Shown: piece after piece, positions 24,796 to 36,331 of the stretch
Position numbering within the stretch: the first letter of the stretch is position 1
How the letters are laid out: each line of letters starts with the position of its first letter
Assembly (NCBI GenBank): GCA_001600695.1
Contig: BCKQ01000002.1
Span: forward strand, 1,199,184-1,263,183
DNA length: 64,000 bases
Source of the DNA: Ascoidea asiatica JCM 7603
Lineage: Eukaryota > Fungi > Ascomycota
Reading direction: 5' to 3'
Notes under the pieces: model-generated
The model's database searches: none
Told to the model about the DNA's origin: nothing
What the model saw: the letters and a program-made list of their open reading frames with translations, nothing else
Program-made: the position numbers and the translations under genes

Positions 24796-25843
24796 TTAAA
24801 AATTATTTTTCATAGATCTTAATTTATCCATTATTTCAGATTTTGAATTTGAATTATTTAAATTAGTTGAATCTAAAACTTCAGGATCATTTAATCTCAT
24901 AAATGGATTAAAATTTAATTCATCTTGAATTGTGAATAAACCAGTGGTGAATTCTTTATCTTCAATAGATTTTTCTAAATTTTTTAAATGAATATTTTTT
25001 TTTAAAATTGATTTTGCAAAATTTATATTATCTTTTGTATATTCATGACCTGGATAAATGATTGTATTTTTAGGTAAAACTTTTAATAATCTTTCATTTA
25101 AACAATTATTCATTTGTTCACCATTACCTTCAAAAAATTTTCCACAACCTGCGGTGAATAAAGTATCACCAGTAAAACAAACATTTTGATTTTTTTTTAA
25201 ATCTTTTGCATACCAACAAATTGAATCTTGAGTATGACAAGGAGTATGAATTGAAATAATTTGAATATTATTACCTAATTTTAAAATTTCATTATCTTTT
25301 GGAGTTAATTGAACATGAGGAGAATTAAAACCAGCAATAATTTTAGAATTTGGAAATTTTTTTAAAAAAAAATTATTACCACTTGAATGATCATAATGAT
25401 GATGAGTATTAACAATTGCTTTTAAATTTATATCAGATTCTAATAATATAGGTAAAACTTCTTTTGGTTCAGCAGGATCAATAATCCAAGAATCTTTTGT
25501 TTCATCATCTGTTAAAATATAGGCATAATTATCACCTCTATTCCATCTCATTGGTATAAATTTTACATGCATTTTTCTAATTGATTGAATAAATAAGTTT
25601 TTAAATAAGTTTGTCTATATAAAATATATTTTTAGTTTCTTGATGTTAGTTATTGCTTAAGGGTTAACTTATATATTATATTATTCAATCAGTTTATCGG
25701 AATTAGTAATCAGAAAACAATTTATTTCGTTATCTTATTTTGCCGATAAAGAAAAAGAATAATTATTTGAGAATTGAACGTACTTTATATGATTTAGTTT
25801 TTGGTAAAGAGTTATTGAAAAATAATTGCTTTGATAAGAACAT
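24796..25843 (-). CDS. GLO4: Hydroxyacylglutathione hydrolase (glyoxalase II); exons 25843-25784 and 25614-24796; internal ATG at 25572
   Basis: THHHYDHSSGN, TPCHTQDSIC, FTGDTLFTAGCGKFFEG, YPGHEYT, NPFMRL; upstream exon adds a presequence ending QSIRK-MHVK, like S. cerevisiae Glo4 (QQIRN-MHVK). Confidence 0.93.
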
Positions 25844-26390
25844 TTGCTTCTTATATTGGAAAGAGTATAAGTAATTGAAGTGAATATAGCAAATTATTTA
25901 TAATTGAATATTACTTGAAATGAGATCAAAAATAGCAAAATAAAGGTATTTTGGAGATGTTTGGCGATATTTTGGAGATGGCTTTCTTCCGATCAAAAAA
26001 TAACTGGAAAGAGGAAAAGGAGACCAGAAACACGGTACTGCTGATAACCGAATATCCGCTGTCAAATTCTGAGCGGATGTTAATATTGTGATTGGATCCG
26101 GTGTTGACAGTTGGGGACTGAGCAGAAAGAGGTTTGAGAGGTGAAAGAGGTTGGAAGACGAGAAGAAGAGAGACGAGATCAGAAGAAGAAAGAAAAGAAG
26201 GTAGAAAAGAAGAGGAAGCAGAGGAAGAAGCAGAAGAAGAAGAAGAAGAAAAAGATGATGATGAGGAAACAGCAATTCGTTTCTTATTCTACTCAATTCA
26301 ACTTAAATCAATTCAATTCCGAGTATTCTCAAGGAGATTGATTGTCAATGATCCAATGGTGTTCTGGTTCAAGACTATGAAATTGATAAT

Positions 26391-29300
26391 ATGAATAGGA
26401 ATAACTCATATGATGACTACGAATATCAGGAGTATCCAACAGGTGAAAATAATAGATATTCTGGTGATAGTTATGATGATGCAGACGCATATAAATACAG
26501 TAGTGAACCTGAATATTCTGATGGTATTGATCGAGATTATTTCGTTGTTCGTCATACTTATCATGATAATGATACTGATAATGAATATGATAACGAAATT
26601 CATAATGGTGGTAAAACTCATAATGAAAATGATAATGAAAATGATAATAAAAATGATAACAAAAATGATAATAAAAATGAAAATGAAAACAATAATCATA
26701 AGCAAAAGGTTAAGCATGGAGATTTTGAAATTGATAGGGATTACATTAATGAAGTTAATGGTACCAATAATAGAATCAATGATTATAAAACCGGTTTTCA
26801 AAAAGCTCAATATTTAAGAAATATGATGAAAATTCAAGAAAAACATCTTGAAATTTTAAATAATATTCAAAAACAACAAAAACAATTGAAACTTTTATCA
26901 AATAAAAACCTAGGATTATCCACTCTTCAAAATAATAATCAATTAAATGAATTAAATGAACTGAATGGAAATCATAATACAGAAGATGAAATAGAACAAG
27001 AAGGCTATGAACAAGACTATGAAGAAGAAGAAGAGGATAACAAAGACGAAAAATATATACAAGATGTAGAAAAAGTAAACTCTCTGGAATTAGATAATAT
27101 AGATAGTATAGATGATTCTGATACTGCTTTATCTCCAATTGAAGTATCTTTAGATGAAAATAATCGAATTGAATTAAAATCATCTTCAATTGATGGTCAT
27201 GATCAAAATTATCAAACTTTTAAAAATTATAAAGAAGAAAGAGATTATTTAGATTATTTAGATTACTTACAATATCTAGAATATCTGAAACATAATGATA
27301 ATAATAACAATAATAGTAATGTTAATAATAATGAAAAAGAATCTGACAATGAAGAATATAATCAAAGATTTATTCAAGTTTCAAATGAATCAATCAATGA
27401 AGATAATAATAATGACAATAGCAATGATAATCATAATGACAACGATAATGATTCAAGTGGCTTACTTATAGATTTTGGTAATCAATTAATCTCAAATATT
27501 AAATTGAAATTAAAATCTAAAAATTTAAATGAAAATCTTAAACTTGATTTCACCTCTGAACTCGATTGGTCTGAAGAATTTGATTCAATTGATGATTCAA
27601 GTATTAATAGTAATATTGATAACAGTATTGATAAAATTGATAACAAAATTGAAAATAAAATTGAAAATATTGAAAATATTGAAAAACCTAATTCAATTCA
27701 AAAATTAAAGGATCCTATTAAAAATATCATAAATAATGAAATTAATAAAGAAAATAATGAAAAGAATAATAATATACAAGATAATAAAAATAGTATTAAT
27801 AATCAAAAGAAAAATGACATAACCAATGTTGGCATAAAGAATATTGACTCAAAGAACAATGACATAAAGAATAGTAATACCAAGGATAATGAGATAAAGA
27901 ATAGTGATATAAAAAGTTGTGATATAAATGATTATAAAGTTTCTAAAAAGAAATCGAATAATAATTCAAATTCTGATAAATCATCTTCTAAAAAATCATC
28001 TCCTAAAAAATTATCTAATGAAAAATCATCTCCTAAAAAATCATCCAATGAAAAATTATCTAATGAAGAATTTAAAAGTTTAAGATTGAAATCAACTCAG
28101 CGTATTCAATCAAATTGGAAAAAAATAATTGAAAAATATAGTATGAATGATAAAAATATTAAAGGTGATATAATTGATATAAATACTTTTGATATTATTG
28201 AAGATAATGGTCATTTAAAATCTTTAAATCAAAATAATAATAAATTTTGGAAATTTTGGACTTTACAAGATAATAAAAAAGCTAATGAAACTTTAATTAA
28301 TGATGAACTTATTAATAATTTAGAACCAAATATAAGTTTAGATCTAGATAAAGATAAAGATAAAGATATAGATTCAAAAATAGATAGTTCAATAACAGGA
28401 ATTGATCTAAATGATTTAAATACATCTACTCCATTTGCAAAAAATCCAATTGAAATAAACTTTTCTACACCATTTGACAATAAAAAGAATAAAAATAATA
28501 ATGCTTTACCTTCCAAGCTAACAGATGTTATGGGTATTTCAACTCCATTTGATGATTTGCAAAATGGTGATCTTATAACTTCAACTAAGAAAACTTCAAC
28601 TAAAAAAAAGAAAAAAAAAATAAAACATATCAAAGATGTTAATTCGGATTATAAAGATGATCTTTCTATTCTTTCTAATGGAAAATTAAATATAATCAAA
28701 AAACGATTAATTTCAAAAAAAAGTAAGGAAAAAAATATTATACCTTCGCAAACAAGAAAACTTTCTGGAATTGATAATTCTAATCAAAAAAGAAAATTTG
28801 ATTTTAGTTCTACTTCAACTTATGACGATCCTTCTTCATTTAATTCTTATATGATTGTTTCTTCTCCTTTGAAAAATAAATCCAATAATGAATCTTCAAT
28901 AGTTACAAATAATTCTAGAACTTCATTTGATAAAAAAAAAATAATTGATTCGAATAATGGTATTGATCATACTTCTTCAAAGTTGAAATCTCAATTGAAT
29001 TTAAATATAACATCAATAAATTCGCCTCAAAATCAATCAATATTCTCAGACGATGATTATGAGCCAAATAAAATCAATTTTGTTGGAAAACCTCTGCTCA
29101 ATAATATATATGAAGATGATATTTCAAAGAAATTAGAAACTCCAGAAGATAAGATTGCTCAGACAAAATTTTCTGAAGTTAAGGATATAGAAAATTTTAA
29201 GAATAGTTTTGATTCGGAAATAGTTAATAGTTCCAAAAAAATTATAAAAACGAAACCGAAAGTATATGGAAAATCTTCTAATACTAGCATTGATTCAAAT

Positions 29301-29618
29301 AAGAAAACAATAACAAATGGAAAGTTCATGGATATTAATAATGATAATTTTGAAAACAAAATAGATAAAAATAACTATAGTGATGCCATTACTATAAGCA
29401 GTGGAGAGTCAATCAATAATCAAAGCGATAACGATAGTAATAGTGATAGTGATATTGAATTTATTGGTTCAGAAAAAAGTAAAAGAAAACGAGTAACGAA
29501 AAATAATATACCTTTTAAAAAGAAAAGAATTAGAAAAGAATCTGAAAAAGAGTCTCAAAAAAAACTGGAAACCAGTAAAAGAGATCATTCTTCATTACTG
29601 GAAGCTTTTGAGTTTTAA
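26391..29618 (+). CDS. SCM3: Centromeric histone (Cse4/CENP-A) chaperone Scm3, long form
   Basis: Central RIQSNWKKIIEKYS...GDIIDINTFDIIEDNGHLKSL (about 28065-28227) is the Scm3/HJURP domain; the rest is low-complexity with a C-terminal basic NLS. Confidence 0.85.
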   Translation: MNRNNSYDDYEYQEYPTGENNRYSGDSYDDADAYKYSSEPEYSDGIDRDYFVVRHTYHDNDTDNEYDNEIHNGGKTHNENDNENDNKNDNKNDNKNENENNNHKQKVKHGDFEIDRDYINEVNGTNNRINDYKTGFQKAQYLRNMMKIQEKHLEILNNIQKQQKQLKLLSNKNLGLSTLQNNNQLNELNELNGNHNTEDEIEQEGYEQDYEEEEEDNKDEKYIQDVEKVNSLELDNIDSIDDSDTALSPIEVSLDENNRIELKSSSIDGHDQNYQTFKNYKEERDYLDYLDYLQYLEYLKHNDNNNNNSNVNNNEKESDNEEYNQRFIQVSNESINEDNNNDNSNDNHNDNDNDSSGLLIDFGNQLISNIKLKLKSKNLNENLKLDFTSELDWSEEFDSIDDSSINSNIDNSIDKIDNKIENKIENIENIEKPNSIQKLKDPIKNIINNEINKENNEKNNNIQDNKNSINNQKKNDITNVGIKNIDSKNNDIKNSNTKDNEIKNSDIKSCDINDYKVSKKKSNNNSNSDKSSSKKSSPKKLSNEKSSPKKSSNEKLSNEEFKSLRLKSTQRIQSNWKKIIEKYSMNDKNIKGDIIDINTFDIIEDNGHLKSLNQNNNKFWKFWTLQDNKKANETLINDELINNLEPNISLDLDKDKDKDIDSKIDSSITGIDLNDLNTSTPFAKNPIEINFSTPFDNKKNKNNNALPSKLTDVMGISTPFDDLQNGDLITSTKKTSTKKKKKKIKHIKDVNSDYKDDLSILSNGKLNIIKKRLISKKSKEKNIIPSQTRKLSGIDNSNQKRKFDFSSTSTYDDPSSFNSYMIVSSPLKNKSNNESSIVTNNSRTSFDKKKIIDSNNGIDHTSSKLKSQLNLNITSINSPQNQSIFSDDDYEPNKINFVGKPLLNNIYEDDISKKLETPEDKIAQTKFSEVKDIENFKNSFDSEIVNSSKKIIKTKPKVYGKSSNTSIDSNKKTITNGKFMDINNDNFENKIDKNNYSDAITISSGESINNQSDNDSNSDSDIEFIGSEKSKRKRVTKNNIPFKKKRIRKESEKESQKKLETSKRDHSSLLEAFEF

Positions 29619-29765
29619 TCTTATTAATATAGTTTGTAAATGGAAATTAAAAATTATAATAAATAAATATTTATTTCTTTTATAAGTACATATACGTAAA
29701 ATAAAGTGAATATTTAAAAATTATATACTTTTATGAATTATATAGTTTTGATCTATTTATTTTTT

Positions 29766-31227
29766 TTAAGATTTGATTCCATTCATCATTTCTTCTTTTG
29801 TAATTAAATGACCAATTGATTCAACATGATTTAATAATTCATCAATACTTGTTGACCAATCATTTAAAATTTCATTTGAATTTTTTGGTTTTATAAAAGA
29901 AATAACTTTTGCAGGTCTATTAATTTTAGCATGTATAATACCATCATTAACTAAATCACTAATAAAAGATTCAGTTTCAAGTTCAGGTAAATCTAATAAT
30001 TGACTTAATCTATTCAATTTAATATTTGAATAATATTTTGCAATAACTCTTAAATTATGTTCAATAACTCTTTTTTTAAGATCAGACCAATGAGTATCAA
30101 TTGATTCAATTGATAATTTTGGATTTTCTTTATTAAAAATAAAAGATTTTTTTAATTCTTCACCAAAATTTTGTTCAATTATTGGCCATCTAATTAATTC
30201 TTGAGTAATAAAAGATTTAATTAATTCATATTGTAAAGATAAAAATTTTAAATTACTATCATTATAAATTTTATTAATTAAATCATTTTGATAATTATCA
30301 TAAGGTGATAAAATAATAAAATAAACAATATTTGTTAAAATTTCTTTTAATTTTAATTTATTTGAAATTACAGATTTAATTTCATAAATTGATAAAAAAT
30401 ATTTAACGATATTTGTATAATCATTTGAATTTAAACCAATTTTAATCATTAATTCATAATATTCTTTTTTAATATCACTATATTTTTCTAAATTTAAAGT
30501 TTTTGGTAAAATTTTTCTTGATAAAATTTTAGCTTGTTCAAAATCACCTTTTTTAATTGATAAATTAATTTGTTCTAAAATAAAATTCATTTTTTCTTTA
30601 ATATCCATTGAACCATAAGTTTCAACTTGTAATTCACACATTAAATCAGTTGCAGAATCAATATCATTAAAATTATCTAATTTTATATGAGCTAAAGTTC
30701 TTGTAACTCTTGCTCTTTCAACTTCCACATAAATTTTATTTTCAGTTACATTTCTAATTGTTTCAATAGTTTCAATTTTTATATTAATATTTAAAATTTT
30801 ATCTAAATTTGAAATAATTTTTTGAACCATTGATTGAATTGCCATTTTTAATTGACCATGTTTTTTTGATAATAAAGTTAATTGTTCATTTAATAAATTC
30901 CAATCATCATTTGAAGTTAATAAATCTACAATATAATTAAGTACTCTTTTTGAAGAGGCAAGATCAGATGATTGTCTTGTTTGTTTTTCCAATAATAATA
31001 GTTTTTCTAAAGCTGCTTTATAATCAGTCTAAAAATATTAAATGTTAGAATATAAATCATTTTATTTTATTTATCTCATTTTATCACTTAATCATTTCAA
31101 AGAAATTGTGCCACCCATGAAACTTAAGAAATTGATAACATACCTTTGCAAGAAGCTCTATTTGGGGGAATTGCTCATCAAGAGTAACAGAAAAATCCTT
31201 TTCCGGTTTAAATACAGGATCAGACAT
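29766..31227 (-). CDS. RPN5: 26S proteasome lid subunit Rpn5; exons 31227-31144 and 31028-29766
   Basis: Exon 1 MSDPVFKPEKDFSVTLDEQFPQIELLAK, GTATGT donor, TTCTAAC branch, TAG acceptor; LEKQTRQSSDL, LSKKHGQLK, VEVERARVT, LQVETYGSM, PCI domain RVIEHNLRVI, AKINRP. Confidence 0.97.
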
Positions 31228-31358
31228 CGTTGAATCTATAGGAATAAGTTTTAATACTTTAGAATGATATTAATTATTCTAATTGAAATAAAAAATATCA
31301 ATTGATACATAAATAATCATTAATCATTAAAGGCAATATCAACAGTTTTGAATCGAGA

Positions 31359-31367
31359 TTTGCCTTC
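31359..31367 (-). promoter_or_regulatory. Rpn4-type site GAAGGCAAA upstream of RPN5
   Basis: About 130 bp upstream of the RPN5 ATG; matches the variant Rpn4 element known from Candida proteasome promoters. Confidence 0.55.
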
Positions 31368-31824
31368 TGGAAATTAAAAGAGGCGGAACCAGCTAGAAAA
31401 AAAGTATATCCGTGAGCATGGATTTACTTTCCATAAACTCAATCCTCTGTCCTGATTTACTTCAATTAGGACACATGTTGACCAATATTTTGCTTATATG
31501 TGCCCTATGCATTTAGATGCTTTATCCGTTTCCGCGTACGGAATGTTATTTTTTACCCCGGATGATTTTCCGCGAATCAAAACTCGAATTAGAAATTTTT
31601 GAAGTTTTCAAAGCGCTTAAAACATTTAAAGCTTTTTTTTGATTTATTTTCTTTTATTTCTGGTAATTCAACAATCAATTCCTTAATCAATTCATCAAAA
31701 AATTTAAGAAATAGCTTATGAAATAACTAGTAGGACTTAGATTCAAGTAGTTTATTTTCAACTAAATATATTTCACTTTAGAGTCAATGTCCTTATCAGT
31801 TTTCTTTGCTGTAATTAGTCTTCT

Positions 31825-34800
31825 ATGTCAATCTCCTTGCTTCTTAAATACAGCTTGAAGCAAAATCAGATTTTAAACGCTTGCTTCTCAAGATCATATT
31901 CTTCTTTGGTTCAATTCAAACATAATCACAATAATAATAATTGTGATCCATCTATTAATTCATCTGATTCTCCTTCTTTAGGGAATTATTTTGATACACT
32001 ACAAGAAAGGTTTAAAAATGGTGCTTCGAAATTAGAAAATCCAAAAATTATCGAAAAAAGTACTAATAATGAATTATCTTTAATAAATACTAAAACCTAT
32101 AAAACTCATGAACAAAATTTGAGAGACAGATTTGTTTTAATTAATGAGCAGTTTTCTAAAGAGCTTCAATATAAAATAAGTTCAATGCCATTATTTGATT
32201 TCCATCCTTTATATATTAGAAAATATGAATTATTTCAATATACTAACATTTGGAATAAATTTATAAATGAAGTTTTGGAATTAATGTTTTCTGGAGATTA
32301 TAAAGACTTATTAACTATCAATGATAAAAAAGATTTAAATTATTATAGAACTCAAAATAATTCAAATTTATTCAAAAGTAATCAATTATCAGATATTTTA
32401 TTTTCAATTTATAAAGAAAATTTACTTCAAAATTCAAATTTACTAATTAATTTTCATAATGAATTAATAACAATTTCAAAAAAATTTAAAGCTAATTTAA
32501 CTTTTAATTTTGTTGATTTAAATAATAAATTCAAAAAAAAATCAAATATTTCAAAAGAGACTTCAATCTCTCTAAATAATTTAATTAATTTAACTTTATT
32601 CAATAATCTAGTTTATCTTGATAATGATTATACAAATGACTTAACTCAATTAACAATCCATGAAATTTTAGTGAAAAAATTTAAAAATTTTCTTGAGGTT
32701 GAAAAAAATATCAATAATAATTTGAAAGATAAAAAATTGAAAAATGAAATGAAGAATCAATTAGAGGATCAAATAGATAATCAATTAGATAATGAAGCAA
32801 ATAATGATTTATATATTGAAAATGAATTCAGAGCAATTGAAAATCAAGAAATTAAAAAACAAATTTCTGAAATTGAAATTGAAAATGAAAATATACATAA
32901 TTTAACTGATTTTTATAAATTTTTAGATGTATTGTCAATTTATAAAAATTTAAGATTTGAAAATTTTTTAAAGAAAAAAAAATTTTTAAATATTAATAAT
33001 CTTAAAGTTTTCTATAAAACTCATTTAATTAATATAAATCCAAAAATTTTAAAACTTTTATTCAAAATTATACCAAAAGTTGATTATGATATATTATTAA
33101 TTAAATTTGTTAATAATGATTTCAGTTTCAATCAAAATCAATCTGTAACAAATAGATTTTTTTCAGTTATTAAACAATCAAATTATGATTTATTTTCAAA
33201 TTTAAATAGTGAAAATTATACTTCACCAAAAATTGTTTTTGATAAAGAAACTTGTGAATTAACTGCAGAAGAAATTAGAAATTATATTTTTTTAAATTTA
33301 AAATTATTAAATTTATTTCCATTAACTCAAGTATTTGTGATTATTAGAAGTGAATGTAAATCAATTGTTAAAAAATATAAAGATGAAGAAGATTTTTTCA
33401 AAGCATTTAATAAAAATATTTCAATTTCAAATAATTTTTTAAAAAATTATGATTTTGAAAATGATTTTTTATCAAAAGAAATAATTGATCAAAAAGAATA
33501 TATTGAAAAACTAGTAAATTTATCATCATTTAAATTAAATAAATTATTATCTTCATCATTATCAACTGTTAAAAACACTAGTTTTTCAAATAAAAAAAGT
33601 TTGAAAAAAAAAAATAAAAAAATAAATGAAGTAAAAACTTTTAAGAATATAATATTAAGACAATTTTTTTTCACAATTTTTTTTCAAACTTTATCATTTT
33701 CAAAATTTAATAATTATTCATTAGATTCAATAAATGTAATTTTTAAAAGGATGAAAGAACTTGTACCATTTGAAACTCAAAAAATTTTAGGATATAATAA
33801 ATTTTTAACATTATTGGTTTCAAGTATTAGAAAAGAAGAAAAAGCTTTAAATGAAGATAATTTTGAAATTATTATAAAATTAATGCCATATATTATTGAA
33901 AATGTAAATTATAATCCAAATTTTAAAAAATATTTATATTTAGATAAAGGTAATGATAGATTTTTAATAACTGAAATAATTTTATTAGTTGAATATTTAA
34001 ATAAAGTTGAAAATGAAAAGAAATTAATTGAAATTGGAAACGAAAATGGAAATGGAAATGAAAATGAAATTGAAAGTGATATTACAAATATAGATATGAA
34101 ATTTAAAGATAATTTTTTAATTAAGATAATTGAATTATTTGATTGGAAAGTATTAAATCATTTTAGTTATAATAAATATAATTATCAAGAAATTTATGAA
34201 TTATCAACTTCAATAAAATTATTTAATGAACTTGGATTATTAAGATTTATTAAAAATATTAGTAATAATAGAGAAAATATTAATTTAAATAATAGAAAAC
34301 TTTCAAATTATGAACTTGAAATGTTTATGAAAGAAATAAGATTAAATAATAAAAGAGATGAAGAGAAAAAAGAAAAGATATTATTAAATTTAGAAAATTA
34401 TTATGAAATTGATAAAGAAATTGAATTTTTTTCAAAAATTGGAATTGATTTAAAATATTTAAAATTTGATAAAGAAATAAAATATGAACATTTAACATTG
34501 ATTTATTTAAATATTTTTAAAGAAAATTTTAATAATAATAATCAACGTATGTTAGATGATAATGAAAAACTTAAATTAATTGAATATTTATTTAGAAATT
34601 TTATAAAATTTATTAAATTTCAAAATTTATATTCTAAAATTACATTTAAATTATTTTATGGACCATTAAATGTAATGACTAAAGAATTATTTAAAATTAG
34701 AGATAATATACAAAATAGAGAAAATTTAATTGAAGAAATTATTAATGAAACATTTGAATTCAATAAATTTAATAAATTAGGAATTGATGAAAAATTTATT

Positions 34801-35325
34801 GAAATTATAATTATTGGTAAAATTAAAAATTTTTTAAGATTTTTTAAAAGCAATAATACTAAAAGTAATTATAGCAATAGTGATAATAATAATAATAATA
34901 ATTATAGAAGTAATTATAAAAATGAATTTATGAAAGTAGATTATGGATTTAAAGTTTTAAATTATTGTGAAGAATTAATTTATAAATTACTTACAGAAAA
35001 TATTTTTAAATTTCATGAAAATTTTAAAAATTCTAAACATTTTAAAAATTTTAAAATTCCAAAAGATCCAGAAACTTCTTCTGAAAATTTTAAAAATATT
35101 CCAAGTTCAATTAAAATTTGGATGATTCAAGGATATTTTGAAATTTCAAATGATAAAAAATTAAAATTTTGGTATAATTTATTAAATGATATTGAAATTA
35201 AAAGATATTTTGAAATTTTAAATAATTTAAAAATTTCAATAAAAAATGAGAATATTTTAAATGATATTAAGAAATTTAAAGAAATTGAAGAAATTAATTA
35301 TTTCAAAGATTCTGGAGAAGTTTGA
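31825..35325 (+). CDS. Uncharacterised helical protein with presequence-like N-terminus; paralogue A of a tandem pair
   Basis: 1166-codon ORF; N-terminus lacks acidic residues and has FSRSYSS (R-3-like); collinear blocks shared with the 36332 ORF. Confidence 0.8.
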   Translation: MSISLLLKYSLKQNQILNACFSRSYSSLVQFKHNHNNNNCDPSINSSDSPSLGNYFDTLQERFKNGASKLENPKIIEKSTNNELSLINTKTYKTHEQNLRDRFVLINEQFSKELQYKISSMPLFDFHPLYIRKYELFQYTNIWNKFINEVLELMFSGDYKDLLTINDKKDLNYYRTQNNSNLFKSNQLSDILFSIYKENLLQNSNLLINFHNELITISKKFKANLTFNFVDLNNKFKKKSNISKETSISLNNLINLTLFNNLVYLDNDYTNDLTQLTIHEILVKKFKNFLEVEKNINNNLKDKKLKNEMKNQLEDQIDNQLDNEANNDLYIENEFRAIENQEIKKQISEIEIENENIHNLTDFYKFLDVLSIYKNLRFENFLKKKKFLNINNLKVFYKTHLININPKILKLLFKIIPKVDYDILLIKFVNNDFSFNQNQSVTNRFFSVIKQSNYDLFSNLNSENYTSPKIVFDKETCELTAEEIRNYIFLNLKLLNLFPLTQVFVIIRSECKSIVKKYKDEEDFFKAFNKNISISNNFLKNYDFENDFLSKEIIDQKEYIEKLVNLSSFKLNKLLSSSLSTVKNTSFSNKKSLKKKNKKINEVKTFKNIILRQFFFTIFFQTLSFSKFNNYSLDSINVIFKRMKELVPFETQKILGYNKFLTLLVSSIRKEEKALNEDNFEIIIKLMPYIIENVNYNPNFKKYLYLDKGNDRFLITEIILLVEYLNKVENEKKLIEIGNENGNGNENEIESDITNIDMKFKDNFLIKIIELFDWKVLNHFSYNKYNYQEIYELSTSIKLFNELGLLRFIKNISNNRENINLNNRKLSNYELEMFMKEIRLNNKRDEEKKEKILLNLENYYEIDKEIEFFSKIGIDLKYLKFDKEIKYEHLTLIYLNIFKENFNNNNQRMLDDNEKLKLIEYLFRNFIKFIKFQNLYSKITFKLFYGPLNVMTKELFKIRDNIQNRENLIEEIINETFEFNKFNKLGIDEKFIEIIIIGKIKNFLRFFKSNNTKSNYSNSDNNNNNNYRSNYKNEFMKVDYGFKVLNYCEELIYKLLTENIFKFHENFKNSKHFKNFKIPKDPETSSENFKNIPSSIKIWMIQGYFEISNDKKLKFWYNLLNDIEIKRYFEILNNLKISIKNENILNDIKKFKEIEEINYFKDSGEV

Positions 35326-36331
35326 AATTATTAAAAATGTTAAATGTTATGGTATGTTATGTTATGAGTTTTGTTTATATTTTGTTTCTTTTTCAATAAT
35401 TTTGTTTTATTTATTTATTTATTTATTTATTCTTTTCTTTTTGTTCATATTATATATATTTCTTTAGTAGATTTGCATTATATTGTATCTAGTTCTTAAA
35501 ATTGCATTAACATTTTTGGATATTTTTTATGTTTTCATTCTCTTTTACACCATTTGCACCATCTTTAAATGATCTTTTAATGATTTTTTAATGATCTTTT
35601 AATGATCTTCGGCATCTTTTGCACCATCTTTTCGAGTACGGAAATGAGAATATCCGTATTGTATTTAGTTCTGTCCACATCACGGATTTAATATCCGTCT
35701 GATGTCAATTTCAAGCCACAAAAACAAACAAAAACAAAAACAAAAACAAAAAACATCAAAACTCGAGTTACAAGAAACAAATAAACAAAATCAATTGAAG
35801 CAATTGAAGCAATTGAAGCAATTGAATCAGATAAATCAAAAGCATTAACTGGGTAATAATAACAAATGAAATCAGATGGCAAACAAAGAAAGAATTAAAA
35901 GCTGGCATGGAAATTGGTATCTTCAAGAGCAAATCCAGTATCTTTTAGAAATTATTATTCAATCAAACTAACCGCTGATAAAAGATGAATCGACTTTATG
36001 ATCAAACATTCAATTTCTGCTGGTGATTGTTTTATTTATTGAATATTTTAAATTTAACGCCAGCACTTTTCTTTGGTCTTTTCTTTGGTGCTTTTGGTAA
36101 TTTTGGTGAATAGAAAGTTGAGACCAGTAATGTGGTTTATAGGTGGTATTTAACCCCGGATTCTCTGTTTCCTGTCCTTCCTCGGATACGTTTGGATTTA
36201 AGATCAAAAATGAAATGAAAAATCAACAGTGAAAAGAAAAAGAAGAATAAAGAATATACAGTAGAACATAAAGAATATAAAGAAGATAAGGAGATAAGAT
36301 TAAGCATTATCAATGAGAAGAATATTATTAC

